Shown piece after piece: positions 1 to 7,222 of a stretch of 64,000 nucleotides of DNA. The stretch is from assembly GCA_900541645.1 (NCBI GenBank), contig UQKQ01000001.1, positions 113,741 through 177,740 on the forward strand, read 5' to 3'. Source of the stretch: an uncultured Collinsella sp. (GTDB lineage Bacteria > Actinomycetota > Coriobacteriia > Coriobacteriales > Coriobacteriaceae). The notes beneath the pieces were generated by a model. That model was not told the DNA's origin. It made no database searches and saw nothing but the letters and a program-made list of their open reading frames with translations. The position numbers and the translations under genes were made by a program. Within the stretch, counting starts at the first letter, position 1. Every line of letters begins with the position of its first letter.

Positions 1-776
1 CCAAGAAGGACCTGCGCAACGCGAACTGGCGCTGGCTCATGAGCGTGTGCACCTTCAACTACCAGACCCAGCAGGGCGCCTCAGTCGCCTACGCCCTCTC
101 GCCGGTCCTGAGGAAGATCTACACGAACGACGAGGACTATAAGCAAGCGCTCAACAACCACTTCCGCTACTACAACACCCAGCCTTGGCTCGCCGCCATC
201 ATCCTTGGCGCCTGCGTGGCCATGGAGGAGCGCGACGGCCTAGCGGCGGCGGACGCCGTCCAAGACCTGAAGATCGGCACCATGGGACCGCTCGCCGGCG
301 TCGGCGACTCCCTGCTCATGACCATGATCCCGACCATCATGGGTTCCATTGCCGCCTACATGGCCATCGAGGGCAACCCCGTGGGAGCCGGCATCTGGTT
401 CGCGCTCATCCTGGCCATCTTCTGGGTCCGCATGCACGCCCTCGAGTTCGGCTACAAGCAGGGCGTGAAGCTCGTCACCGACTTCAGCGAGAAGCTTCCC
501 AACCTCACTGCCGCCGCCTCCGTGCTCGGCCTCACCGTGGTCGGCTGCCTCATCGCCTCGGTCATCGGCGTCACCTGCCCGATTAGCTTCAGCTTCGGCG
601 ACGTCGCGATGGAGATTCAGCCGCTGCTCGACAAGATCCTGCCTGCCATGATCCCCGCCGCCATCACGGGAAGCGCGTATTACCTTCTTACCAAGAAGAA
701 CGCGAGCATGACGGCCCTCATCCTCGTGGTGATCGTCCTCGCGATGGTCGCCTCCGCCGCCGGCATCCTCGCCTAG
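1..776 (+). CDS. PTS mannose/fructose/sorbose-family EIID component (5' partial; reading frame open from window start)
   Basis: Frame open from nt 3 (KKDLRNANWRWLMSV...). EIID-like motifs (YNTQPWLAAIILGA..., multiple TM segments). Followed directly by an EIIA gene. Confidence 0.8.
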   Translation, partial: KKDLRNANWRWLMSVCTFNYQTQQGASVAYALSPVLRKIYTNDEDYKQALNNHFRYYNTQPWLAAIILGACVAMEERDGLAAADAVQDLKIGTMGPLAGVGDSLLMTMIPTIMGSIAAYMAIEGNPVGAGIWFALILAIFWVRMHALEFGYKQGVKLVTDFSEKLPNLTAAASVLGLTVVGCLIASVIGVTCPISFSFGDVAMEIQPLLDKILPAMIPAAITGSAYYLLTKKNASMTALILVVIVLAMVASAAGILA

Positions 777-802
777 CTTCGACCCAAGAGATTGGTGAAT
801 CA

Positions 803-1201
803 ATGAGAAAGATAGTTGTGGCGAGCCATTCCCTTCTCGCCCAGGGCTTCAAGGACACCCTCGAGTTCCTTACGGGTAAGGGCGACGCCGTCAACGCCGT
901 GTGCGCCTACGTGAACGACAACGGCGAGGGGCTCGACGCGGCGGTCGAGGCGGCTCTTTCGGGCACTGACGAGGTCGTCGTCCTCACCGACGCGTACGGC
1001 GGCAGCGTGAACCAGCGCTTTTCCCGCTTCGCCTCCGACCGGATCCACGTGATCGCGGGTGTCAACCTCCCGCTCGCCATGACGGTCGCGCTCGCGCGCC
1101 CCGACGAGAAACTCGACTTCGACGCCCTCGTCAACGAGGCGCGCCAGCAGATCATCTACGTGAACGGTGCCAGTTCCGCCGAGTGCGACGACGACGAATA
1201 G
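803..1201 (+). CDS. PTS mannose-family EIIA component
   Basis: 132 aa. Has the N-terminal MRKIVVASHS... block that includes the phospho-His (EIIA-Man fold). Good spacing after EIID. Confidence 0.8.
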   Translation: MRKIVVASHSLLAQGFKDTLEFLTGKGDAVNAVCAYVNDNGEGLDAAVEAALSGTDEVVVLTDAYGGSVNQRFSRFASDRIHVIAGVNLPLAMTVALARPDEKLDFDALVNEARQQIIYVNGASSAECDDDE

Positions 1202-1213
1202 AGGAGGTCGACG

Positions 1214-2338
1214 ATGAGAGAGTTCCTTAAGGACGTGTGGATGCACGGCGGTGAGGAAAGCCGCGCCATCACCCCCGAGAACATCACGGGCGAGAAGGGC
1301 CGCGCCGCCATGTCGGCCAGCCACCTCGGCGTCGGCCGCAAGGGCTCGTGCTGCGTGCCCCTTGAGTCCGGCGAGACCATCACGCTCGCGGACATCGAGG
1401 GCCCCGGCATCATCCGCCACATCTGGATGACCGTCCCCGACAAGACCGCCGCCGGCAGCTTCGTCATGCGTGACCTCGTGCTGCGCTTCTACTGGGACGA
1501 CGAGGAGACCCCCTCGGTCGAGTGCCCTGTCGGCGACTTCTTCTGCAACGGCTTCGGTGAGCGCGCCATCGTCAACTCGATGCCCATCTGCGTGAACCCG
1601 ACGGGCGGCATGAACTGCTACTTCGAGATGCCCTTCAGGAAGCACGCCAAGGTCACGCTTACGAGCGAGCACCCCGGGTTCATTAAGTACATCTTCTACA
1701 CGTTCAACTACGCGCTCACCGACGTGCCGGACGACGCCATGTACTTCCACGCCCGCTTTAACCGCGAGCGCAGCACCCGCAGGGGCGTCGACTACACCGT
1801 GCTCGACGGCGTGCGCGGCAAGGGCTACTACGTCGGCACCTACATGGCCCTGTGCGCCCTGGAGCGCTATTGGTGGGGCGAGGGCGAGATGAAGTTCTTC
1901 CTCGACGGCGACGAGGAGTTCCCCACGGTCACCTCGACGGGAGCCGAGGACTACTTCGGCGGTGCCTGGGCCTTCCTCGACAGGCCGCCCCACGCGCTGC
2001 CCGAGGCGCAGTGCTTCAACACGCTGTTCGCCGGCTACCCGTACCGCTCGACGCGCGACGCCACGCGCGACCGCTTCAGCGCGGGCAAGCCGAACCCGAA
2101 TCCGATGCTCGCGACTAACGACGACGCGCTGCCCAGGCACGGCCTCTACAGGTGGCACCTTCCCGACCCGATCTCGTTCAAGGAGGACCTGCGCGTGACG
2201 TTCCAGGACCTCGGCAACGACGACATCAAGCTCTACGAGCGCGAGGACGACATCTCCACCGTCGCCTACTGGTACCAAAGCGAGCCGCACGCGGTGCTCG
2301 CCCCGTTTGCCGCAAGGCAGGACCGCGTGCCCAGGTAG
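1214..2338 (+). CDS. GH172 / DUF2961 family glycoside hydrolase, cytoplasmic (no signal peptide)
   Basis: 374 aa with DUF2961-like conserved blocks (GDFFCNGFG, YFHARF, WGEGEMKFFLDGDEEFPT, TGAEDYFGGAWAF). The RBS GAGGAGG sits just upstream. Confidence 0.7.
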   Translation: MREFLKDVWMHGGEESRAITPENITGEKGRAAMSASHLGVGRKGSCCVPLESGETITLADIEGPGIIRHIWMTVPDKTAAGSFVMRDLVLRFYWDDEETPSVECPVGDFFCNGFGERAIVNSMPICVNPTGGMNCYFEMPFRKHAKVTLTSEHPGFIKYIFYTFNYALTDVPDDAMYFHARFNRERSTRRGVDYTVLDGVRGKGYYVGTYMALCALERYWWGEGEMKFFLDGDEEFPTVTSTGAEDYFGGAWAFLDRPPHALPEAQCFNTLFAGYPYRSTRDATRDRFSAGKPNPNPMLATNDDALPRHGLYRWHLPDPISFKEDLRVTFQDLGNDDIKLYEREDDISTVAYWYQSEPHAVLAPFAARQDRVPR

Positions 2339-2417
2339 GGTCGCCTCGAAACAAGCCAACGTTATGGGCGCCCGCGGTTGACCATGACTGCGGGCGTCCC
2401 TTTGTAAGGAGGATCAC

Positions 2418-3302
2418 ATGAGCGAAAAGCAAATGAGGCTCGGCGCCCTCGAAGCCGGCGGGACCAAGATGGTCTGTGCCGTGGTGTCCGGCGACGGCGA
2501 GGTCCTCGACCGTATGGAGACCCCGACGCTTACGCCCGCCGAGACCGTCCCGCAGATGATCGAGTGGTTCACCGCCCGCGATGTGGACGCGTTGGGCATC
2601 GGCGCCTTCGGCCCGACCTGCGTCAACCCCAACGACGAGCGCTACGGCTCCATCCTCCAGACGCCCAAGCTCGCGTGGCGAGGCCATGGTCTTCGCGCCG
2701 CGTTCGCCGACGCCCTCGGGATTCCGGTGGCCTACGACACGGACGTGAACGTTGCCTGCCTCGGCGAAGTGGTCTTCGGCTGCTGCAAGGGGCTCGAGGA
2801 CGCCGTCTACGTGACCATCGGCACCGGCGTGGGCGCGGGCGTCATGTGCGCGGGCAGACTCCTTCACGGCATGCTGCACCCCGAGGCCGGTCACATGCTG
2901 GTAAGGACCCGTCCCACCGAGGAGGGACGCTGCGTCTGCCCGAGCCACGCGAGCTGTCTCGAGGGGCTCGCCTCCGGCCCCGCCATCGCCGCGCGCTGGG
3001 GAAAGCCCGCGGCCGAGCTCGCGGACAACGATGAGGTGTGGGCGCTCGAGGGGGATTATCTGGGGCAGATGTGTGCGAACCTCGTGCTCATGTACTCGCC
3101 TCGCCGCATCGTCCTCGGCGGCGGCGTGATGCACCAGGAGCAGCTCTACGGCATCGTCCGCAAGAAGACCCTCGAATATCTGGGTGGCTACATCCAGACC
3201 GCCGAGCTTAAGGACATGGAGAGCTACATCTGCGCCCCGGGCTGCGGCGGCGACCAAGGAATCCTCGGCGCGGCCGAGCTGGCAAGAAGGGCGCTCGCGT
3301 AA
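2418..3302 (+). CDS. ROK-family sugar kinase (fructokinase/Mak-like)
   Basis: 294 aa. N-terminal LEAGGTKMVCAV ATP motif; ROK zinc motif CVCPSHASCLEG; GTGVGAGV. Confidence 0.8.
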   Translation: MSEKQMRLGALEAGGTKMVCAVVSGDGEVLDRMETPTLTPAETVPQMIEWFTARDVDALGIGAFGPTCVNPNDERYGSILQTPKLAWRGHGLRAAFADALGIPVAYDTDVNVACLGEVVFGCCKGLEDAVYVTIGTGVGAGVMCAGRLLHGMLHPEAGHMLVRTRPTEEGRCVCPSHASCLEGLASGPAIAARWGKPAAELADNDEVWALEGDYLGQMCANLVLMYSPRRIVLGGGVMHQEQLYGIVRKKTLEYLGGYIQTAELKDMESYICAPGCGGDQGILGAAELARRALA

Positions 3303-3334
3303 CTTGCGCTCTCTCCGCCATACAACGCGTTAAG

Positions 3335-3395
3335 AAAAGACGAGCGCTTCTTGCCAATTGAGCGGCAAGAAGTGCTCGTCTTTTGCATTTGTTTT
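3335..3395. terminator. Rho-independent terminator, possibly bidirectional
   Basis: 21-bp perfect stem AAAAGACGAGCGCTTCTTGCC / GGCAAGAAGTGCTCGTCTTTT, followed by TTTTGCATTTGTTTTT. Confidence 0.6.
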
Positions 3396-3418
3396 TGGGG
3401 CAGGACGCCCCGCCTCCG

Positions 3419-3739
3419 CTAGAGTCCCTGGACCGCCACACCCACGAGGTTTGGACCGGTGTGGACAAGAAGCGCGGGGCTGATGTCGGAGCGGACGACC
3501 TCCACCGCGTTGGCCACGCGCTCGCACAGGGCCTGCTCCATGCGGTCGTAGAGGTCGGCGTGGGCCGAGGTGCGGCTCGCGGCAAAGCGCACCTTGGGGT
3601 GCTTCTCGACGATGGCGGCGATGAGCTTGACCTCGGTGCGATGCGGTGCTTGCACAGCCATTTCGTGTACGCGAGGCTGTTGGCTTTCTGGGCCACAGCA
3701 ATCACCTCCCCCTAGTATGATGACCTGAACAATCCTCAT
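3419..3739 (-). CDS. Hypothetical small protein (doubtful)
   Basis: 106-aa ORF on the minus strand that ends next to the bidirectional terminator. No SD sequence, no recognisable domain; could be spurious in GC-rich DNA. Confidence 0.2.
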   Translation of the reverse strand: MRIVQVIILGGGDCCGPESQQPRVHEMAVQAPHRTEVKLIAAIVEKHPKVRFAASRTSAHADLYDRMEQALCERVANAVEVVRSDISPALLVHTGPNLVGVAVQGL

Positions 3740-3947
3740 GCTAGGGGGAAGGTTTTTGTCGCGTAGCGGAAATTGGCCTCCACCCGCTGAGCGGGTGGCT
3801 TTCTATGCCGCGCGTGCCGCGCGGCACGGACTAAAGTCCATGAATAAAAACGAGGAAGGCCACGTCCGGTCTCTCTCGCAAAGGGTCTCTGATTACTCCC
3901 ACTCATTGGGGACAGACTTAAATGAGTGCTCTTGAAATGCCGGCGCC

Positions 3948-4013
3948 TGGGGACGTTCTTTTTCTGTCTGCAGTTTGGAACGTTCCTTTTCTGTCGGCAG
4001 TTTGGGACGGTCC
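3948..4013. repeat. Tandem ~31-bp repeat (2.3 copies), unit GGGACGTTCYTTTTCTGTCKGCAGTTTGG; same family as 60218–60253
   Basis: Direct reading; a related copy lies 3' of the HAD gene at 60218–60253. Confidence 0.55.
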
Positions 4014-4212
4014 TTAGAGCTGCAGCGCGCCATGAGTGACGAGGCTAAGCGGATCATCCTGTCTTTTGAGTTCTAAGCATAAGCCCCTGTCTCTGAGCAA
4101 TGACCAGTGCGCATTTGTGCGTATTTGCGTGCGTGGGATTGCGTGAATATGCGTATAGAAGCGACGTTTACGGGGCAAAAATGACCATTTAGCGGTGAGA
4201 TACGCAAAAAAG

Positions 4213-4236
4213 CGCACAGACGCGCGTGTCTGTGCG
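4213..4236. promoter_or_regulatory. 24-bp near-perfect palindrome CGCACAGACGCG|CGTGTCTGTGCG, ~50 bp upstream of the oxidoreductase start; candidate operator
   Basis: Reverse-complement symmetry with one mismatch; the TGCGYA motif reiterates at 4100–4160. Confidence 0.35.
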
Positions 4237-4284
4237 AATATAGAGCTGTCCGAAATGCAAGACGTTCTATGACACAGGAGGCAC

Positions 4285-5367
4285 ATGATGGCAGATTCTA
4301 AGCAGGCTCCGCTCGACGCCGCGGCAGCCGCCAAAGCAGCGTTCGCTTCGGTCCAGGACAAGCCGTTCCCCGACGATATTTTTACGGCTCCCGAGCTCCA
4401 TTGGGCCGTCATCGGTTGCGGCGTTATCGCCAACCAGATGGCTCAGTCCCTTGCTCTTGCCGGTCGCAAGCTTGCGGGCGTCGCCAACCGTACGCTGTCC
4501 AAGGCTCAGGCTTTTGCCGAGCAGTATGGCATCGAGAAGGTCTACGACACGGTTGAGGACCTCTACGCCGATCCTGGCATCGACGCCGTCTACATCACTA
4601 CCCCGCACAACACTCATATCACCTATCTGCGCGCTGCCCTGGCAGCCGGCAAGCACGTGCTCTGCGAGAAGGCCATTACCCTCAATTCCGCTGAACTCGA
4701 TGAGGCCCGTGCCATTGCCGCCGAGCACAACGTGGTCCTTATGGACGCTACCACGGTGCTCCACATGCCCTTGTATCAAGAGCTGCGTCGCCGCATGGAT
4801 GCCGGCGAGTTCGGCCGCATGAACCTCGCTCAGCTCAACTTTGGTAGCTACAAGGAGTACGGCGACCTGACCAACCGTTTCTACAATCGCAACCTTGCCG
4901 GCGGTGCCATGCTCGACATTGGCGTGTATGCCCTGTCCGTCATGCGTCTCTTTATGGCAAGCCAGCCCATTGAGGTCGTTTCGTTGGGCAACACCTGTGA
5001 GACCGGTGTTGACGTTGCGGGCGGCATCGTCTGCCGTAATGCCGAGCAGCAGCTGGGTGTTGTGAGCCTCACGCTCCACTCCAAGCAACCCAAGCGCTCG
5101 ATTATTAGCTTCGATAAGTGCTATATCGAGGTCAACGAGTATCCGCGCGCCGATCACGCGACCATCGTGTGGACTGCGGACGGCCACCGCGAGGAGGTCC
5201 ACGCCGGCACCGAGGCTTACGCCCTTTGCTATGAGATGGCCGATCTTGAGAAGGCCGTTGCCGGCGACGACTCTAAGCGTGAGCTGCTGGATTATGCTTC
5301 TGATGTTATGGAGCTGATGACCAAGCTACGCGCCGACTGGGGAGTCGTGTACCCCGAGGAGGAGTAA
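4285..5367 (+). CDS. Gfo/Idh/MocA-family NAD(P)-dependent oxidoreductase
   Basis: 360 aa. Rossmann motif GCGVIANQ; EKA/ITL motif (LCEKAITL). RBS AGGAGG. Confidence 0.8.
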   Translation: MMADSKQAPLDAAAAAKAAFASVQDKPFPDDIFTAPELHWAVIGCGVIANQMAQSLALAGRKLAGVANRTLSKAQAFAEQYGIEKVYDTVEDLYADPGIDAVYITTPHNTHITYLRAALAAGKHVLCEKAITLNSAELDEARAIAAEHNVVLMDATTVLHMPLYQELRRRMDAGEFGRMNLAQLNFGSYKEYGDLTNRFYNRNLAGGAMLDIGVYALSVMRLFMASQPIEVVSLGNTCETGVDVAGGIVCRNAEQQLGVVSLTLHSKQPKRSIISFDKCYIEVNEYPRADHATIVWTADGHREEVHAGTEAYALCYEMADLEKAVAGDDSKRELLDYASDVMELMTKLRADWGVVYPEEE

Positions 5368-5370
5368 GCG

Positions 5371-6117
5371 ATGCTAGCGGAAGATAGGCTCAACGCGATC
5401 GTGTCGATGGTTCAGCAGACCGGCTCGGTTACCGTGCCGGAGCTTGCCGAAGCCCTGGGCGTGACGGCGTCTACCATTCGGCGCGACCTGCAGATGCTCA
5501 ATCGCGCACACCGTATCGCCAAGGTGCACGGTGGGGCGACGAGCCTTGAGCGCGCGCACGTGACGCGCGACCTAACGCTTAATGAGCGCAGCGATCTCCA
5601 TAACGACGACAAGGAACGTATCTGCGCCCGTGCGGCGGCACTTGTGGAGCCCGAGAACTTTGTATACATCGACTCGGGTTCGACGACGCTCAGGCTCATC
5701 GAGCATCTTCCACACCTTGAAGATGTCACCTATGTGACCGATTCCGTGCTCCATGCTCAACGCCTTGCTTTGCGCGGCATGCGTACCGTGGTGCTGGGTG
5801 GCGAGCTCAAACCCGAGACCGAGGCGCTCGTTGGCCCCGATGCCTTGGCAACCTTAGACCGCTACAACTTCAACTGTGGCTTTTGGGGCTCTAACGGCAT
5901 TGCCGCCGAGCAGGGCTTCACGGCGCCCGATATCGAGGAGGCGCAAGTAAAGCGTATCTCGATGCGCCATACGGCCAAGCGCTTCGTAATCTCGGACGCC
6001 AGTAAATTTGGCATGGTGGCGCCCGTCAAGTTCGCGGACTTCCGTGACGCAACGATTATTACCGCAGGCGATGTCCCTGCCAAGTACCGGGCAATGGACA
6101 ACGTCATCACGGTCTAA
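5371..6117 (+). CDS. DeoR-family transcriptional regulator
   Basis: 248 aa. N-terminal HTH (VTVPELAEALGVTASTIRRDL) followed by a DeoR C-terminal sugar-binding domain. Confidence 0.85.
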   Translation: MLAEDRLNAIVSMVQQTGSVTVPELAEALGVTASTIRRDLQMLNRAHRIAKVHGGATSLERAHVTRDLTLNERSDLHNDDKERICARAAALVEPENFVYIDSGSTTLRLIEHLPHLEDVTYVTDSVLHAQRLALRGMRTVVLGGELKPETEALVGPDALATLDRYNFNCGFWGSNGIAAEQGFTAPDIEEAQVKRISMRHTAKRFVISDASKFGMVAPVKFADFRDATIITAGDVPAKYRAMDNVITV

Positions 6118-6140
6118 CAGCAAGGGACGGGCTAAGACCA

Positions 6141-6178
6141 AAACCACCACAAAGGTGCCTGTCCCCATTGTGGTGGTT
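6141..6178. terminator. Terminator-like hairpin (AAACCACCACAAAGG…CCATTGTGGTGGTT), copy 1 of a ~40-bp direct repeat
   Basis: Sits immediately 3' of the DeoR gene; a near-identical copy lies at 6511–6549. Confidence 0.5.
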
Positions 6179-6261
6179 AGTAACGAAAACCGAGTAGTTT
6201 TCTCAATAGAAAAGCGGCAACGTCCATCACGGGCGTCGCCGCTTTCGTTGTCTGCCGGTTT

Positions 6262-6480
6262 GTCTAAGTCTGTAACAACTGGACCGTTAAAAGTGGGCTA
6301 GGTGTTACAGATCGAGATACTTACGAACCGCGCCGTCCCTTTGTCTCAATCTGTAACATCTGGGACTGATTTTGCCGAGTTACTGTTACAGATTGAGATT
6401 ATTCCCTTGAGGGGATTCGAATGTCTCGATCTGTAACAGATAGACCGGAAAATGGGTTCTAACTGTTACAGATCGAGACG
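6262..6480. repeat. Array of 5–6 copies of the 15-mer TGTTACAGATCGAGA in strictly alternating orientation (~40-bp spacing)
   Basis: Copies at 6304(+), 6345(-), 6384(+), 6424(-), 6464(+), with a partial copy at ~6268(-). Low-GC stretch between convergent genes. Confidence 0.6.
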
Positions 6481-6510
6481 TTTTGGGACCGCGGCTGAGC
6501 CATTGCGGCA

Positions 6511-6549
6511 AAACCACCATAAAGGTGCTTGTCCCCTTTGTGGTGGTTT
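6511..6549. terminator. Terminator hairpin, copy 2 (AAACCACCATAAAGG…CCTTTGTGGTGGTTT); overlaps the rluA stop codon
   Basis: Direct repeat of 6141–6178 with 4 mismatches. Confidence 0.5.
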
Positions 6550-7207
6550 AGGGCTCCCAGGGGCAGGGGGCTTCGATGTGGATGTGCTCGCCGGTTACGG
6601 GATGCGTAAAGGACACGCTGTGGGCATGGAGCATGAGGCCGCAGGGGCGCGGCGTTCCGTACAGGTCGTCGCCAACCAGGGGATGATGCTCGCTTGCCAG
6701 GTGCACGCGAATCTGATGCTTGCGGCCGGTGAGCAGCTCGACATCAATATACGAGCGCGTGGGCAGGCCTCGACGGCTCTTAAGACGCTTGAGCACCTTT
6801 ACGCGTGTTTGAGACGGCTTGCCGCTGGCGCCGACGCGCATCTTTCGACTGTCGTGACGGTCGCGGGCGATGGGCTTGTCGATGAGCTTTTCGTTCCAGT
6901 CGATCTTGCCCTCGGCCAGCGCCAGGTAGTGCTTTTCGAACGCGTGGTCGATGATCATCTGATCAAAGGCGGGCTGCGTCTGCTTGTCGAGTGAGAACAG
7001 CACCACGCCGGTGGTGTCACGGTCCAAGCGGTTGAGCGGCTGCATGTCGGTCGCGGCAAAGCCGTCGCCCATCGCCAGCAGCAGGTCGCTGGCGTAGTCG
7101 GTGAGCGTGCGCTCGCCGGTGCCATCGCCGTGGACGATCATACCGGCAGGCTTGTCGATGGCCATGAGCCAGGCGTCGCAGTAGAGGACTTGAGGTTCTT
7201 CGTTCAC
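6548..7207 (-). CDS. rluA: RluA-family pseudouridine synthase
   Basis: 219 aa. Has the catalytic motif region HRLDRDTTGVVLF and the GRKHQIRVHL block. Confidence 0.85.
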   Translation of the reverse strand: MNEEPQVLYCDAWLMAIDKPAGMIVHGDGTGERTLTDYASDLLLAMGDGFAATDMQPLNRLDRDTTGVVLFSLDKQTQPAFDQMIIDHAFEKHYLALAEGKIDWNEKLIDKPIARDRHDSRKMRVGASGKPSQTRVKVLKRLKSRRGLPTRSYIDVELLTGRKHQIRVHLASEHHPLVGDDLYGTPRPCGLMLHAHSVSFTHPVTGEHIHIEAPCPWEP

Positions 7208-7222
7208 GTGTAAGCCTTTCGG

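Noticed and set aside
185-2359. Long antisense and alternative-frame ORFs (185–586, 240–803, 800–2359 minus 519 aa) overlapping the PTS/GH172 genes
   Set aside because: These are typical shadow ORFs of a 65% GC genome. The sense-strand genes have clear domain content and RBSs.
3738-3935. 65-aa plus-strand ORF in the ROK/oxidoreductase intergenic region
   Set aside because: No RBS. It crosses a perfect palindromic hairpin (CCACCCGCTGAGCGGGTGG), and its composition is atypical of local coding sequence.
4014-4433. 139-aa minus-strand ORF in the oxidoreductase upstream region
   Set aside because: It spans the low-GC repeat/promoter region and has no SD or domain signal. Most likely non-coding.
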